This document shows, one piece after another, positions 1 through 10,638 of a stretch of DNA of 64,000 nt. Below the pieces are notes generated by a model. That model did no database searches, was not told the DNA's origin, and saw nothing but the letters and a program-made list of their open reading frames with translations. Source of the stretch: Balanoglossus misakiensis (lineage: Eukaryota > Animalia > Hemichordata); contig CM082589.2 of NCBI GenBank assembly GCA_040954595.2, positions 6,569,186 through 6,633,185 of the forward strand, in the 5' to 3' direction. The translations under genes and the position numbers were made by a program. The stretch's first letter is position 1. Each line of letters starts with the position of its first letter.

Positions 1-355
1 ACAACCCGGGGTAAGAGTGATGGCACCACATGAGAAAACAGTACGCGGATTTTCTCACAAAGTGAAAATTCTGCCCAGTGATACTATACTCTGTTCTTTG
101 ACATATTATTCATATTTTCGATTCTGCGCCGAATGCTTGACTAAGGCCTTTCAAAGCAAGGCTATGGAGAAGTTTACGGTTAACTACCAACTGCGCAGAG
201 TTAAGGAAGTGTCGGCCTTGTTCACGGTTAAAGGAAAGACAACTGATGAGCTTACGGTCACTATGTGGGAAGATAAAAACCAGTTAAATACTCTGAATTT
301 TATCATCAAAAGGGGCCAAGATGACATATTCCATTGTGGTGTACAATTCACATAG
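1..355 (+). CDS. Double-hotdog thioesterase-like gene A, 3' part of terminal exon (5'-truncated by window)
   Basis: Frame open from nt 2 (QPGVRVMAPHEK...) to TAG. RFCAEC, VKEVSALF, DELTVTMWED and LNFIIKRG..DIFHCGVQF align with the C-terminal half of the neighbouring paralogs. Confidence 0.8.
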   Translation, partial: QPGVRVMAPHEKTVRGFSHKVKILPSDTILCSLTYYSYFRFCAECLTKAFQSKAMEKFTVNYQLRRVKEVSALFTVKGKTTDELTVTMWEDKNQLNTLNFIIKRGQDDIFHCGVQFT

Positions 356-1060
356 TAAATATCATCTGTCTTTAACTGTTTTTTTTATCAGGGAGATACA
401 TTCATTTCACTCTCGCGAGACAACAACAAATTTCTCACTACATTTGCTGCATGCTACGTGATCGACAGAATTTCAAGATGGCGGATTTCTTTGACTTCAG
501 TGGAATAAGCAGGCGTTAATAACCCCTGGCAAATTCCAAAGGGGGATGGCTCCCTCCCGCCCGAGGTTCTCCCATAATGGGGACTCATCAGCATAACAAT
601 ATTAAACAATGCAGTGTAACGTAAATTAGACACTGACTCCATCAGAAGTTTACAAGGAGAAATTACCCGTACCCCTCCACCCACCAAACGTCACGAGTCA
701 ATGCTGAAAAAATGGTTCTCTATATGTTATACGGAGGGGGCGTTTCAATCACAATTCCGGTATTACTGTTTCTTCAAGTCTGCTTTATTTTATGCATTTA
801 ACGAAATGTTACTACACAGAGGAATGTGTAATAAACAGCAAAGTAGTTTTTGTGCAATGGTTCAATGTATAATTGTTTGTTGTATTATTCAATGTACAAT
901 TGTTCGTTGTATATTGATTCATGGTTAAAACGAATGCGAAGACACAGGCTGGTGTACAAACCGTTGGCGTAGCCGCAGGTAAAAACAACTATATATTACA
1001 TAACCGGTTCTTTGTTTTTAGAAAAAATCGTGAATGGTTTGGCGCATTTTATTATCTCTA

Positions 1061-2386
1061 TCATGCACGTTCATAAAGCCGAACAGAACTATGAAAGATG
1101 TCCCGTCCACCTTTGCTGATGATAAAGTTCAATTGATCTGACCGCTTTTCATCTTCCCACATATTTACATCCAGTTCATCGCCAACATTTGCCTCGGCTA
1201 GATACAACGTCGACACTTTCTTAACTGTGTAGCCTTCAAAGTCACCCGTGAAGTTCCTCAGCTTGGTGCTATAGAACGCCAGAGATGCGCAGTCCGAACA
1301 GTAGCGCAGGTAACATAGGTAAGACACGTGGTTGTTCAAATCGACGTCACTGTGTGGAACTTTTTGTTTGTGTGTAAAACCGTCGCCCTTATTCTTGTGC
1401 GCCTTCATCAACACTGTCCCGGGTTCTGGCACTAGAGGGGAGTATTTCTCCACGAACCAATCGGAATGCGGCAGGGGGCGACGTGTTTCCTCGTTCACAC
1501 AGACGTTTGTCACATCCAGGCTGCACAGCGCTTCGTCGTTTTCCAGAATGCGAAGCTCTTGCCTAAACTGCAGGGACGTTCTCCCGACCCCAGTTAGGAA
1601 AAGTGTCATGACAACAGGCGTTGTTGGGCTGCTTCGGATAACATCGTAAAATCTCGGAGTTGTGTCAACCTCAACACCTAAAATGAATAGCAAACGCTTC
1701 CGTTCTTCCAACATCCTCTTCATCTGACAGAATCTGCCATCAACAACCAATAAGTGGAAGCGTACCGCTTGAATAGCCCGCTGCAAGCGCCACAAATGTG
1801 GTTTTTCTGAAAGGGAAAACATGGCGGCAATGTTCAAGTTTATATGACTATCCGACAGTGGCGCCGTTTACCTTTTTCAATAACAAATTAAATGCCTGGG
1901 GTTTAAATGACACCCAAACCACGGTAACCGAGTCCTACAACAAGTCTAGTGACGTGTATCCATACCCAGTGTTATAGATAGACTCGCACACCAGGTCTAT
2001 CTAAAATACACTGGGTGTGCAATCTGCTTCACACGACACGACCAATTCTACTGTGGACACTATTTTTAACAGTTCGAGTAGTACACTAAAGTAAGCCAGA
2101 GTCACCCGCGTGGGTTGAGGACGGGGACATGTGCTCAGCTGATGACCTACATAGGCCTAACATGTCGGAAAATGTACTTACTGGCGCGGTCGTACTCAAG
2201 GATAGAAAATGGCAATCCACTTTTGAATACAACTCTAGCTTGCGCTCCCTCTCTCTCGATGCGCGTTTCAACTGAAATGTTGCGGGTTAGCTTGGCCATG
2301 TGCACATGATTTCTAGCAGTAGTGGCTCTCTTCAATGTCCAAGTACAAAGCTTTTTGTGTATAGCGTTCAGTAGTACCGCCGCCAT
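1061..2386 (-). CDS. Double-hotdog acyl-ACP/acyl-CoA thioesterase-like gene B (exons 2386-2182, 1806-1061)
   Basis: Exon 1 reads MAAVLLNAIHKKL...VVFKSGLPF (basic presequence) with phase-1 donor A|GTAAGT. Acceptor TTTCAG|AA. Hotdog motifs GVGRTS and V..ETRRPLP, plus FatA/B-like SDVDLNNHVSY. Confidence 0.8.
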
Positions 2387-2728
2387 GACAGTTTAGCCTT
2401 ATTGAGTTCAAGGTCGCACTATCATACAGGATTTGACCTACGGGGGCAAAATTTACGATCTCATACTATGCGTCGTGTCGGTTTTGTTGCTTCTGTTTGC
2501 ATTTAACTATTAACGATGGAATGAAAACAATTTGGGGCGAAGCAAAGCTGTATTGTTGACAGGGCATATTATAGTTACCTTTACATGTACTCTTCAATGA
2601 TATCGCATTTTTAACAACACCATCAGAAAAAAAAGTCATTTGTGTGTTCATTAGTTTTAATTGATATCCCTCAAATTAATGGCCAACTTCCCCTTTATTG
2701 CTAGTGACATCACTGTCCCTTAACATCA

Positions 2729-3477
2729 TCATACGTACAACTGTACAGAACAGTGGAATACATCTAGTTTGGCTCTTTTGATGATAAAGTTCAGGGTTCC
2801 CGACTGTTTATCATCTTCCCACATATGAACATCAAGTTCATCGTTTACATTTGCCTCATTCAAGTACAACGAGGATACCTTCTTAACTTTGTAATTCGCA
2901 AATTCTCCAGAGAAGTTCTTTGTGGCTTTGCGCTGGAATGCTATAGTTGCACAGTCTGAGCAGTACTGTACATAGCGTATATAGGAAACATGATTTTGAA
3001 TATCAATGTCATTCGGCAGTGCCCTGGTCTTGTACGTGAAACCCTCTCCTTTATTCTGGTGAGCTTCCATCACAACAGTCTCTGGTCCTTTCACAAGGTG
3101 GGCATATTTAGTTTTATACCAAGCTGGAAGTGGTTTAGGTCGACGTGTTTCTTTGTCGACGAACACAATTTTTGTATCCAAAGAACATAACATCTCGTCT
3201 CCCTGGTCTCTGTTAAGGGTACGGAGTTCATGGTGAAATCCAACTGACGTGTTTCCAACGCTGTTTAGATAGATTGTCATAGCAACCGGTGTCTGGGGGT
3301 TGTTTTTTGTGCAATCATAAAGTTTAGGGTACGCCTGACTGGTGGCACCAATCATGAAACGTAGAGTTCCTTCCTCTTCATTTAATCTCTTGAATTCTGC
3401 CAGTCGACCATCTCTGACAGACAAATGCACACGTGTAGAATGAAAAGTCTTCAGTAGGCCGCATAAGGTAGGTTTCC
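2729..3477 (-). CDS. Thioesterase-like terminal exon C2 (duplicated; no own leader exon, probably an alternative last exon of gene C)
   Basis: Intact frame after acceptor CATCAG|GG AAA CCT, motif NDIDIQNHVSY, highly similar to 4019-4752. No VFKxGLP leader exon was found in 3478-4018. Confidence 0.75.
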
Positions 3478-3770
3478 CTGATGAAGCATAAGGACAGAAA
3501 ATTAAGTTAATAAGCGATTGCCATGATACGAGTCAAGGCTGTTGTCGACAACCTAACGCAACACCCATTCTTGTTGCTTTGTGATTGACAATTTCATTGC
3601 AAAACAACCGCGTAGCCGCTTTACAGACAAGTACACATGCACATGTTCGTAATAGCCTATCCTATGATAAGACCGAAAGTGCATCTGACGTCATGTGAAT
3701 GCTTGCTGCATAAGTGTGTGTGTTTTACATACACATGAGTACATGCTTCCGTTTATCAAACATACATACA

Positions 3771-3862
3771 TACATACATACATACATACATACATACATA
3801 CATACATACATACATACATACATACATACATACATACATACATACATACATACATACATACA
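3771..3862. repeat. (CATA)n microsatellite
   Basis: About 23 perfect CATA units. Confidence 0.97.
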
Positions 3863-4018
3863 TTTTTATGAATTCCTGCTAGAACAGCAGATAAATTGAA
3901 TCACAGACTGCTTCCAAAAAGTGTTTATTGATATCATTAGTTTTTATTTATATCCCTCAATTAATGGCCAACTTCCCCTTTAATTGCTCTTAGTGACATC
4001 ACTGTCCCTTAACTATCA

Positions 4019-5591
4019 TCATTTGTACAACTGTACAGAACAGTGGAATACATCCAGTTTGGCTCTTTTGATGATAAAGTTCAGGGTTCCCAACTGTTTA
4101 TCATCTTCCCACATGTGTACATCAAGTTCATCGTTTACATTTGCCTCATTCAAGTACAACGAGGATACCTTCTTAACTTTGTAATTCGCAAATTCTCCAG
4201 AGAAGTTCTTCGTAGCTTTGCGCTGGAATGCTATAGTTGCACAGTCTGAGCAGTACTGTACATAGCGTATATAGGACACATGACTTTGATTATTAATGTG
4301 ACTTGGTAGTGCCCTGGTTTTGTACGTGAAACCTTCTCCTTTATTCTGGTGAGCTTCCATCACAACAGTCCCTGGTCCTTTAACAAGGTGGGCATATTTA
4401 GTTTTATACCAAGTCGGAAGTGGTTTAGGTCGACGTGTTTCTTTATCGACGAACACGACTTTCGTATCCAAAGTTGATAACAGCTCGTCTCTGTTAAGGG
4501 TACGGAGTTCATGGTGAAGTCCAACGGACGTGTTTCCAACGCTGTTTAGATAGATTGTCATGGCAACCGGTGTTTGGGGGTTTGTGAAATCATAAAGTTT
4601 AGGGTACGCCTGATTGATGGCACCAATCATGAAATGTCGAGCCTTTTCCTCTTCAAGTAATCTCTTGAATTCTGCCAGTCGGCCATCTCTGACGGATAAA
4701 TGCATACGTGCAGAATGAAAGGGCTTATGTAGGCTGCATAAGGTAGGTTTACCTGATGATGCATAAGGATGGAAAATGAAGCTTATGGTTACCAGGATAT
4801 AAATTAATGATGTGTGTAAACACCTGTTGTCGACAACTTGGCGCAAAACATACATCTTGCTGGTTTGTGATTGACAACTTCATATAGCCTAAATCGCACC
4901 TACTTGTTTTCTTGTTAATAATAGAATGCACACGACCTTTATTTCACCTGCCAAGTTGGTCTGTTATTACCGGCCATTGTTTATTTAAAAGCCCAACCCC
5001 ATTCTCTCAGTCTGTATACAGAACAAAGCATCTGGGCCTGCAGCCGACAATATAGTGGACTATGTGACTTGTCCCCACGCACTACATGATACGTCCATGG
5101 TACAGGTAAACAGTCACGGGGACCCGACTTTTCACATGCAGTCAGAAAGATTCATACGCCAGGTTCTGCGCGTGCGGCAGCCGACGCCCTTCGCGTGTCC
5201 CTGCTTGATGGATGAGTATACAAATTTGGAGATTGTAGAGCTTCTTCCTACAACCATTTATGATATCCACCGAAAGGTACGCTGTTTTTTCCACCCACCA
5301 GAACAGAACATGTGGGAGGGGCCGGGCTTGTAGTATCACGCATGCATTTCTGTGTGGCTGAACTTTGACCTTTCATAATCAGGTTTCACGCAATGTCGGC
5401 TACTCACCAGACGCGTCGTATTCATGGACGAAGTCAAACGGCAGGCCACTCTTGAATACGACACAAGCTTCGGCTCCTCCTCGCTCGATACGCGTTTCAA
5501 CCGACAGGCGGCGATTAAAAATATGACCAGGGATTGTTCTAAACTTCTTCCACGATGAGATGCAGAGACGTGACCCACTCACTGCCGCCAT
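4019..5591 (-). CDS. Double-hotdog thioesterase-like gene C (exons 5591-5408, 4752-4019)
   Basis: Exon 1 MAAVSGSRLCISSWKKFR...VVFKSGLPF with donor G|GTGAGT. Acceptor CATCAG|GT AAA CCT; the phases match. Minus-strand AATAAA near 3925-3950. Confidence 0.8.
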
Positions 5592-6453
5592 AGTGTTGCA
5601 TAAATATGCAAGGGGGTCAACGGCCCCGGCCAGATGTCAGTCACGTGACAAGTGGTATTCGGTGAAAGCATTGTCGGAGGTTTTGTGTCTCAACTAAAAA
5701 TAGAGATTGCAGTGCGGACGAACAGTTCGCATAAATGCACCGACACGGTGGCAACCGAGTGATGTAACGGGCTAATTAATTTAGACCCCGATATGACTGG
5801 TGAAATATTTTCTGCACACCTGAAACAGGTAGAAAAAAACATATGTGATTGGTCAATTAGGCCGGCCCCTTTGCACTCTTGGAAGACCTCCAGACAATTC
5901 ACGTTGACCGGTCGCTAACTCTATATCTGACCGCATCTTATACACTAAATTTTCAGAAAAATTCTTGTCGAATTTGTACAGGTTCGATAGTAAGCTCACA
6001 GCAGTTTCCTTTTCAAAAATGAAAGTTCATCAAAATATATTGCTAGTGTGCATATTTTTCAAAACATTTTATTTTTAAAAGAAGACAGCACATTCAATTA
6101 TATTACATGCATACATGTACACAATAATGGTCAATATGTGGGAAGATGAAAAACTATTCTCTGAAGTCAATCGTCAACTTCACCAAGAAGGGTAAATACT
6201 GTCTTCTGGTCCATCAAATTGGAAATTTATAGTTAATAGTTCAAAACACCCGTGGAAGTAAACTGCATGACAACTAAAATTATTCCTAATACATTTGAAC
6301 TAATGGGGAGTAATTAATCTCATTTTAGTTAAAACCAAATGCCCGTAAGTATATATGCATGCAACACTATTATTTTAAAATCCATCCTCATGCTAAACGG
6401 ACAAATATTTTAGCATCATTTTGTCATCATATTTCAGCAAAAAACTATTTTCA

Positions 6454-7644
6454 TCAGTAGAATTGTACACTGCAGTAAAACAAAGGTTTATCTCTTGTAC
6501 ACTTACTAATTTTAAAATTTAACCTACTTTTTTCTTCCGCCATATCAACGATAAGTTCATCACCTAAATTTCCTACGCGCATATACCGAGCAGATAGTGT
6601 TTTAACTTCGCGGTGTTCCTTATCATTAAACGTCTTCGTGGCATTACCTTTGAATGCTTCAGTTGCACATTCAGCGCAAAAGTGATAATGGGCGAACATA
6701 TGCATGTATTTGACGAGGATATCGTTTCGCGAAACACTGCGTTTGAATGTGAAGCTGGCGGGCTGATTCTGGGGCGATTCCACAAACCCCAGACTTAGTC
6801 CCGGTTGTCTGCTGGGGGTGGGATACTTCCTTGCGAACCAATCTGGAAGCGGTGTGGGCTGGAGGGTCTCTTTATGCAAGGCAACCACTTTCGCGTCCAG
6901 GCGGCTCAGCAGTTCGTCATTCTCTAAGACACGGAGCTCCTGGCTAACCCAGAACGTTGTTCTTCCAACTTCCCTCACGTAGCTTCTCATAACGACCGGC
7001 TCTGCGGGGCTGTCTTTGAGTACAGCATACAATTTTCTCGATATATCATTCTTGAGGCCAATGAGGAAGAGAATTGTATTCGTCGCAGCCTGAAATTGTA
7101 GTATGTCAGCTTCCTCCAGTATTTCGTCATATAACCCTAAATGCAGAGGCATAGTCTGGAACATATTTTTGTAGCTCGGCTTCTCTGTGAACAAAGCATT
7201 TAGCGAGACAAAGCAATTACCATAGACAGCTTGAGTCTGGCAGAATCGAAGAGAAACGCTCGAAATCGCAGCTGCTGAGATTCCCTTGTAGGCCTAATTG
7301 TAATGGCGTATGTAGGTCATTGAACCGCATCGTGCAGGCGACTATATGTTGGTGCAGTTTTATAGTCCCACAACTCCCCTTGACGAGTTTTGTGTTGGAC
7401 GGGGAGGTGTACCCCCCCCCCCCCCATCGACACAACAGCTGACCGAGAAAGAATTTCAAGTTCAAGCTTATTACCTACCACCATTGAGGCCAAGCGGCAA
7501 TCCCCGCTTGAACACCGAGGTGGTGAGGCAACCCCGGCCCTTTTGCCATAGTCGACGACTACTAGAAATGCTCACAGAGTTTGCAATTGGTATCATCAAC
7601 CTTATCATACTCGCGCTTTTGTAACTGAATCGAAGTGAAAGCAT
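6454..7644 (-). CDS. Double-hotdog thioesterase-like gene D (exons 7644-7479, 7184-6454)
   Basis: Exon 1 is absent from the ORF track: MLSLRFSYKSASMIRLMIPIANSVSISSSRRLWQKGRGCLTTSVFKRGLPLGLNG, donor G|GTAGGT. Acceptor CACAG|AG. Motifs VGRTT and HKETLQPTPLPDWF. Confidence 0.75.
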
Positions 7645-8153
7645 AGATGATACTTGCGGTGACCTACAACGGGTACCGTTGGCTGGTACCCTGCTGCAAG
7701 GCCAAAGTTGGAGACGCAGTTATCACCCAACGCAAGCTGGCTGCCACGTGTTTCCTAGATGGGAGACTGGATACGATGATAGGTGGTTATAAATGTGACT
7801 CCACCAATGGTGTACATGTATTTACATGCTGTTTGCGAAATGTTGTGTTCCGTGGTTAATAGAGCACCGTGCTGTTCGATAAAAGCGACTCGATACATTG
7901 ATGTACGCTCAAAACACGTTGAAAACTGCTTTGCTCTTTTCACTGATGTGAGATCCCAGAACTTATCCTTCCAACGCAACGTTTCCCTATTCATGTTCTC
8001 TGTGATATTGTTTACAGAGATGAAAGGTCAAAATGACGTGGGTGGCTGTTGACACATAAATATATGACAAAGGCTCAGAACAACCATAGCGGCTGGAGTA
8101 ACGACCATATAAGGTAAAGGTCTGTACGGAGCCATTTGTAAAATAACAGCAAC

Positions 8154-10009
8154 ATGGCGTCACTCCTATTTTCCACCCGTTTCACAAGTGTACGCGCTCT
8201 GAGGCGTACGAAACTTACAACAACGTCCCTGAACCTTTCTCATCGTCGGCTGTTTGGGGATACACACATCGAAAGAGGCGACAGTTATCCCACATTAGTG
8301 TTCAAGAATGGACTACCACCTGATTTTGTCCGTGAATACAACGATACCGGTTAGTATTACACCAACTACACAGGTGTTTAATATCAAGCATATATATTTA
8401 GCTAAGTTGTTGATTTTTAGTTGTGTCGCGTTTCTGATGACACTAGAACAAGTTTTTGCAATATTTCTTTGAATTCAACAATCTTTTTTATGGATTAAGA
8501 ACAAGTTTAGGTAAGATATCTTTTAATTCATGTCAATTTACATGCCACTTTGAGCTCAGCCTTTTAGAAAAACCAGCAATGGATGGCTCTGCAAATTTGA
8601 ATTTGTGAAACACAAAAAAATGGATTCCCCAGTTCATGACCGAAGACCCATGTTGTTCCGTTGACGAGGGTGGGTCAACCAGCCCCATAACAAAGGCCAT
8701 ATTGTCGCTACCTACATGTATCACGTCTTTCTATGTGTATGGGCCTAGCAAATGCACTCAAAAGTTTCTATTTATATCCCTTGTTGATGACAATACATGA
8801 CTTGAATGAATGAATGGGGAATGAATGACACTCGTCAATTCGGTGCTGCTAGATCACATTTTCTTCGGCACATGTTCACTGGCTAGTACCTTGGGGGATC
8901 ACGAGTTTGTTATGAGCGAATGTCACGGGCTTTGAATGTGGCTACGCGTACGCGTGTTGAAAATGTGACTTCGACAGTTGTCAAGTGCGGGTACGAGAGT
9001 TGGACATGGAACATCGAATCTACAACGGGAGGTCGTGGCTTTGAATGGAAGGTCGTGAATCGAAAATGCCGGTCTGAATTTTGGCCTTGATACCACACCA
9101 CCTATCTAAAAATTCAGACTAAATTTACAACTCTTCACATTTTTACAAGTGGCAATGAATCAGATTTGGTGCGGGCCTACCTTTTGCAAAAAGACGCCAC
9201 ACGGAGATCTTTACCTTGACAGCATTTTTGCTACGCAATTTTTGAACGTCTCTACTGTATCTGTTTTGCCTACAGAGAAACCAATCTACGAGAAGTTGTT
9301 CCAGACCACATATCTGCAGTTCGGTTTATATGACAAAATACTGGCGGGGAGTGACATAAGAAGAGTTCAGGCTGAAACGAACGCGACCGGTAGCCTGTCT
9401 GTCGTGGGCTTCAAGAATGAGATATCAGCAAAGCTGTATGATGTACTTGAGAACCGCCCCACTACTGCCGTTGTTTTGACGAATTGCGTAAGTGGAGTGG
9501 GCAGAACATCGATTCAGGGTGGACAGCAGCTTCGAACGTTAGAAACTGGAGAACTGCTGATTAACCTGGATGTGAAACTGGTCCCCTTACACAAGGAAAC
9601 CCTTCAGCCCACGCCACTTCCAGAATGGTTCACAAGAAAATATTCCGCTGTCGCCTCAGGTGACTCCGGCTTTGTGTTAACAGAATTACCTGAGAATCAA
9701 ACCATCAGCTTTACATACACCCGTAGCGTTTCGCACAGCGACTTGTGTGGAAAATACATGTTCATGTTGGCATATTATAAATACTGCACAGACTGTGCAA
9801 CTGTTGCATTCCAAAGTAAAGCCATGAAGAAGTTTAGCATCAAGGAACACCACAAAATTAAGGCACTGTCTGTTCGGTATATGGCATTGGGAAAACTAGG
9901 CGATGAACTTGCTGTTGACATAGCGGAAGAGGAGAGCAGTTTAAGTTTCACGATGCGTAACCTTACAAGGGATGTGCCTATGTTTTACTGCAATGTACAA
10001 TTCTACTGA
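8154..10009 (+). CDS. Double-hotdog thioesterase-like gene E (exons 8154-8349, 9276-10009)
   Basis: Exon 1 MASLLFSTRFTSVRALRRTKL...VFKNGLP with donor G|GTTAGT. Acceptor CTACAG|AG. Closest paralog is gene D. AATAAA near 10195. Confidence 0.8.
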
Positions 10010-10638
10010 TGAAATGTTACTAATATACGCAGAAATTGTGATGAAATTATCAAAGTCCGGGATATTTAGGTGTAAAGGAGTATGGGAATATTTAGGAAAA
10101 CGTACTGCTAGAAAGTCCTAAGACTAGCCCACTATAGTCGCTTGGCGTATATTTTGTGGTTTTGTGTAAGTATTTTATGTCAATTTTATGTTTCAATAAA
10201 GATAAACTAACTAATTTAGTCGTTCAATGTAACCGTTCTTGTATGACTTGCTGACTCAAAAAGGGTAATAATTTCTCTGCACAGAACTTCCAAAACAATA
10301 TTTTACAGAATCAACAATATGGGGACACAAAAAGCCAAAATACTCGCAAACTCAACCAATGTCAATATTTCTATTAATTCTCTTTATTGATCACCTACAC
10401 TTATGCGCCCGGATAAAGGTTACGATAAAGAACATTCCTTGGAAAATACATCTGCCAATATTGCTATGGATGTGAAAATACAAGAGAATTACCCTATCTG
10501 GTTCAACTACAACCAGCAAACTGTGTCCAGTGTATATCACCATATACAACCAGGAAATAATGAACATTCAAATGTCAGAATCAGACATATTTAAGTTACT
10601 TTCCTTCCGTACTAACTTTCTCAAATAATTTTAAACAA

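Noticed and set aside
8105-8114. CArG box CCATATAAGG upstream of gene E
   Set aside because: Several such 10-mers are expected by chance in 64 kb of AT-rich DNA, and there is no supporting context.
6454-8349. Gene D catalytic exon as an orphan needing trans-splicing or DNA inversion to use gene E's leader
   Set aside because: Gene D has its own in-phase leader exon at 7644-7479.
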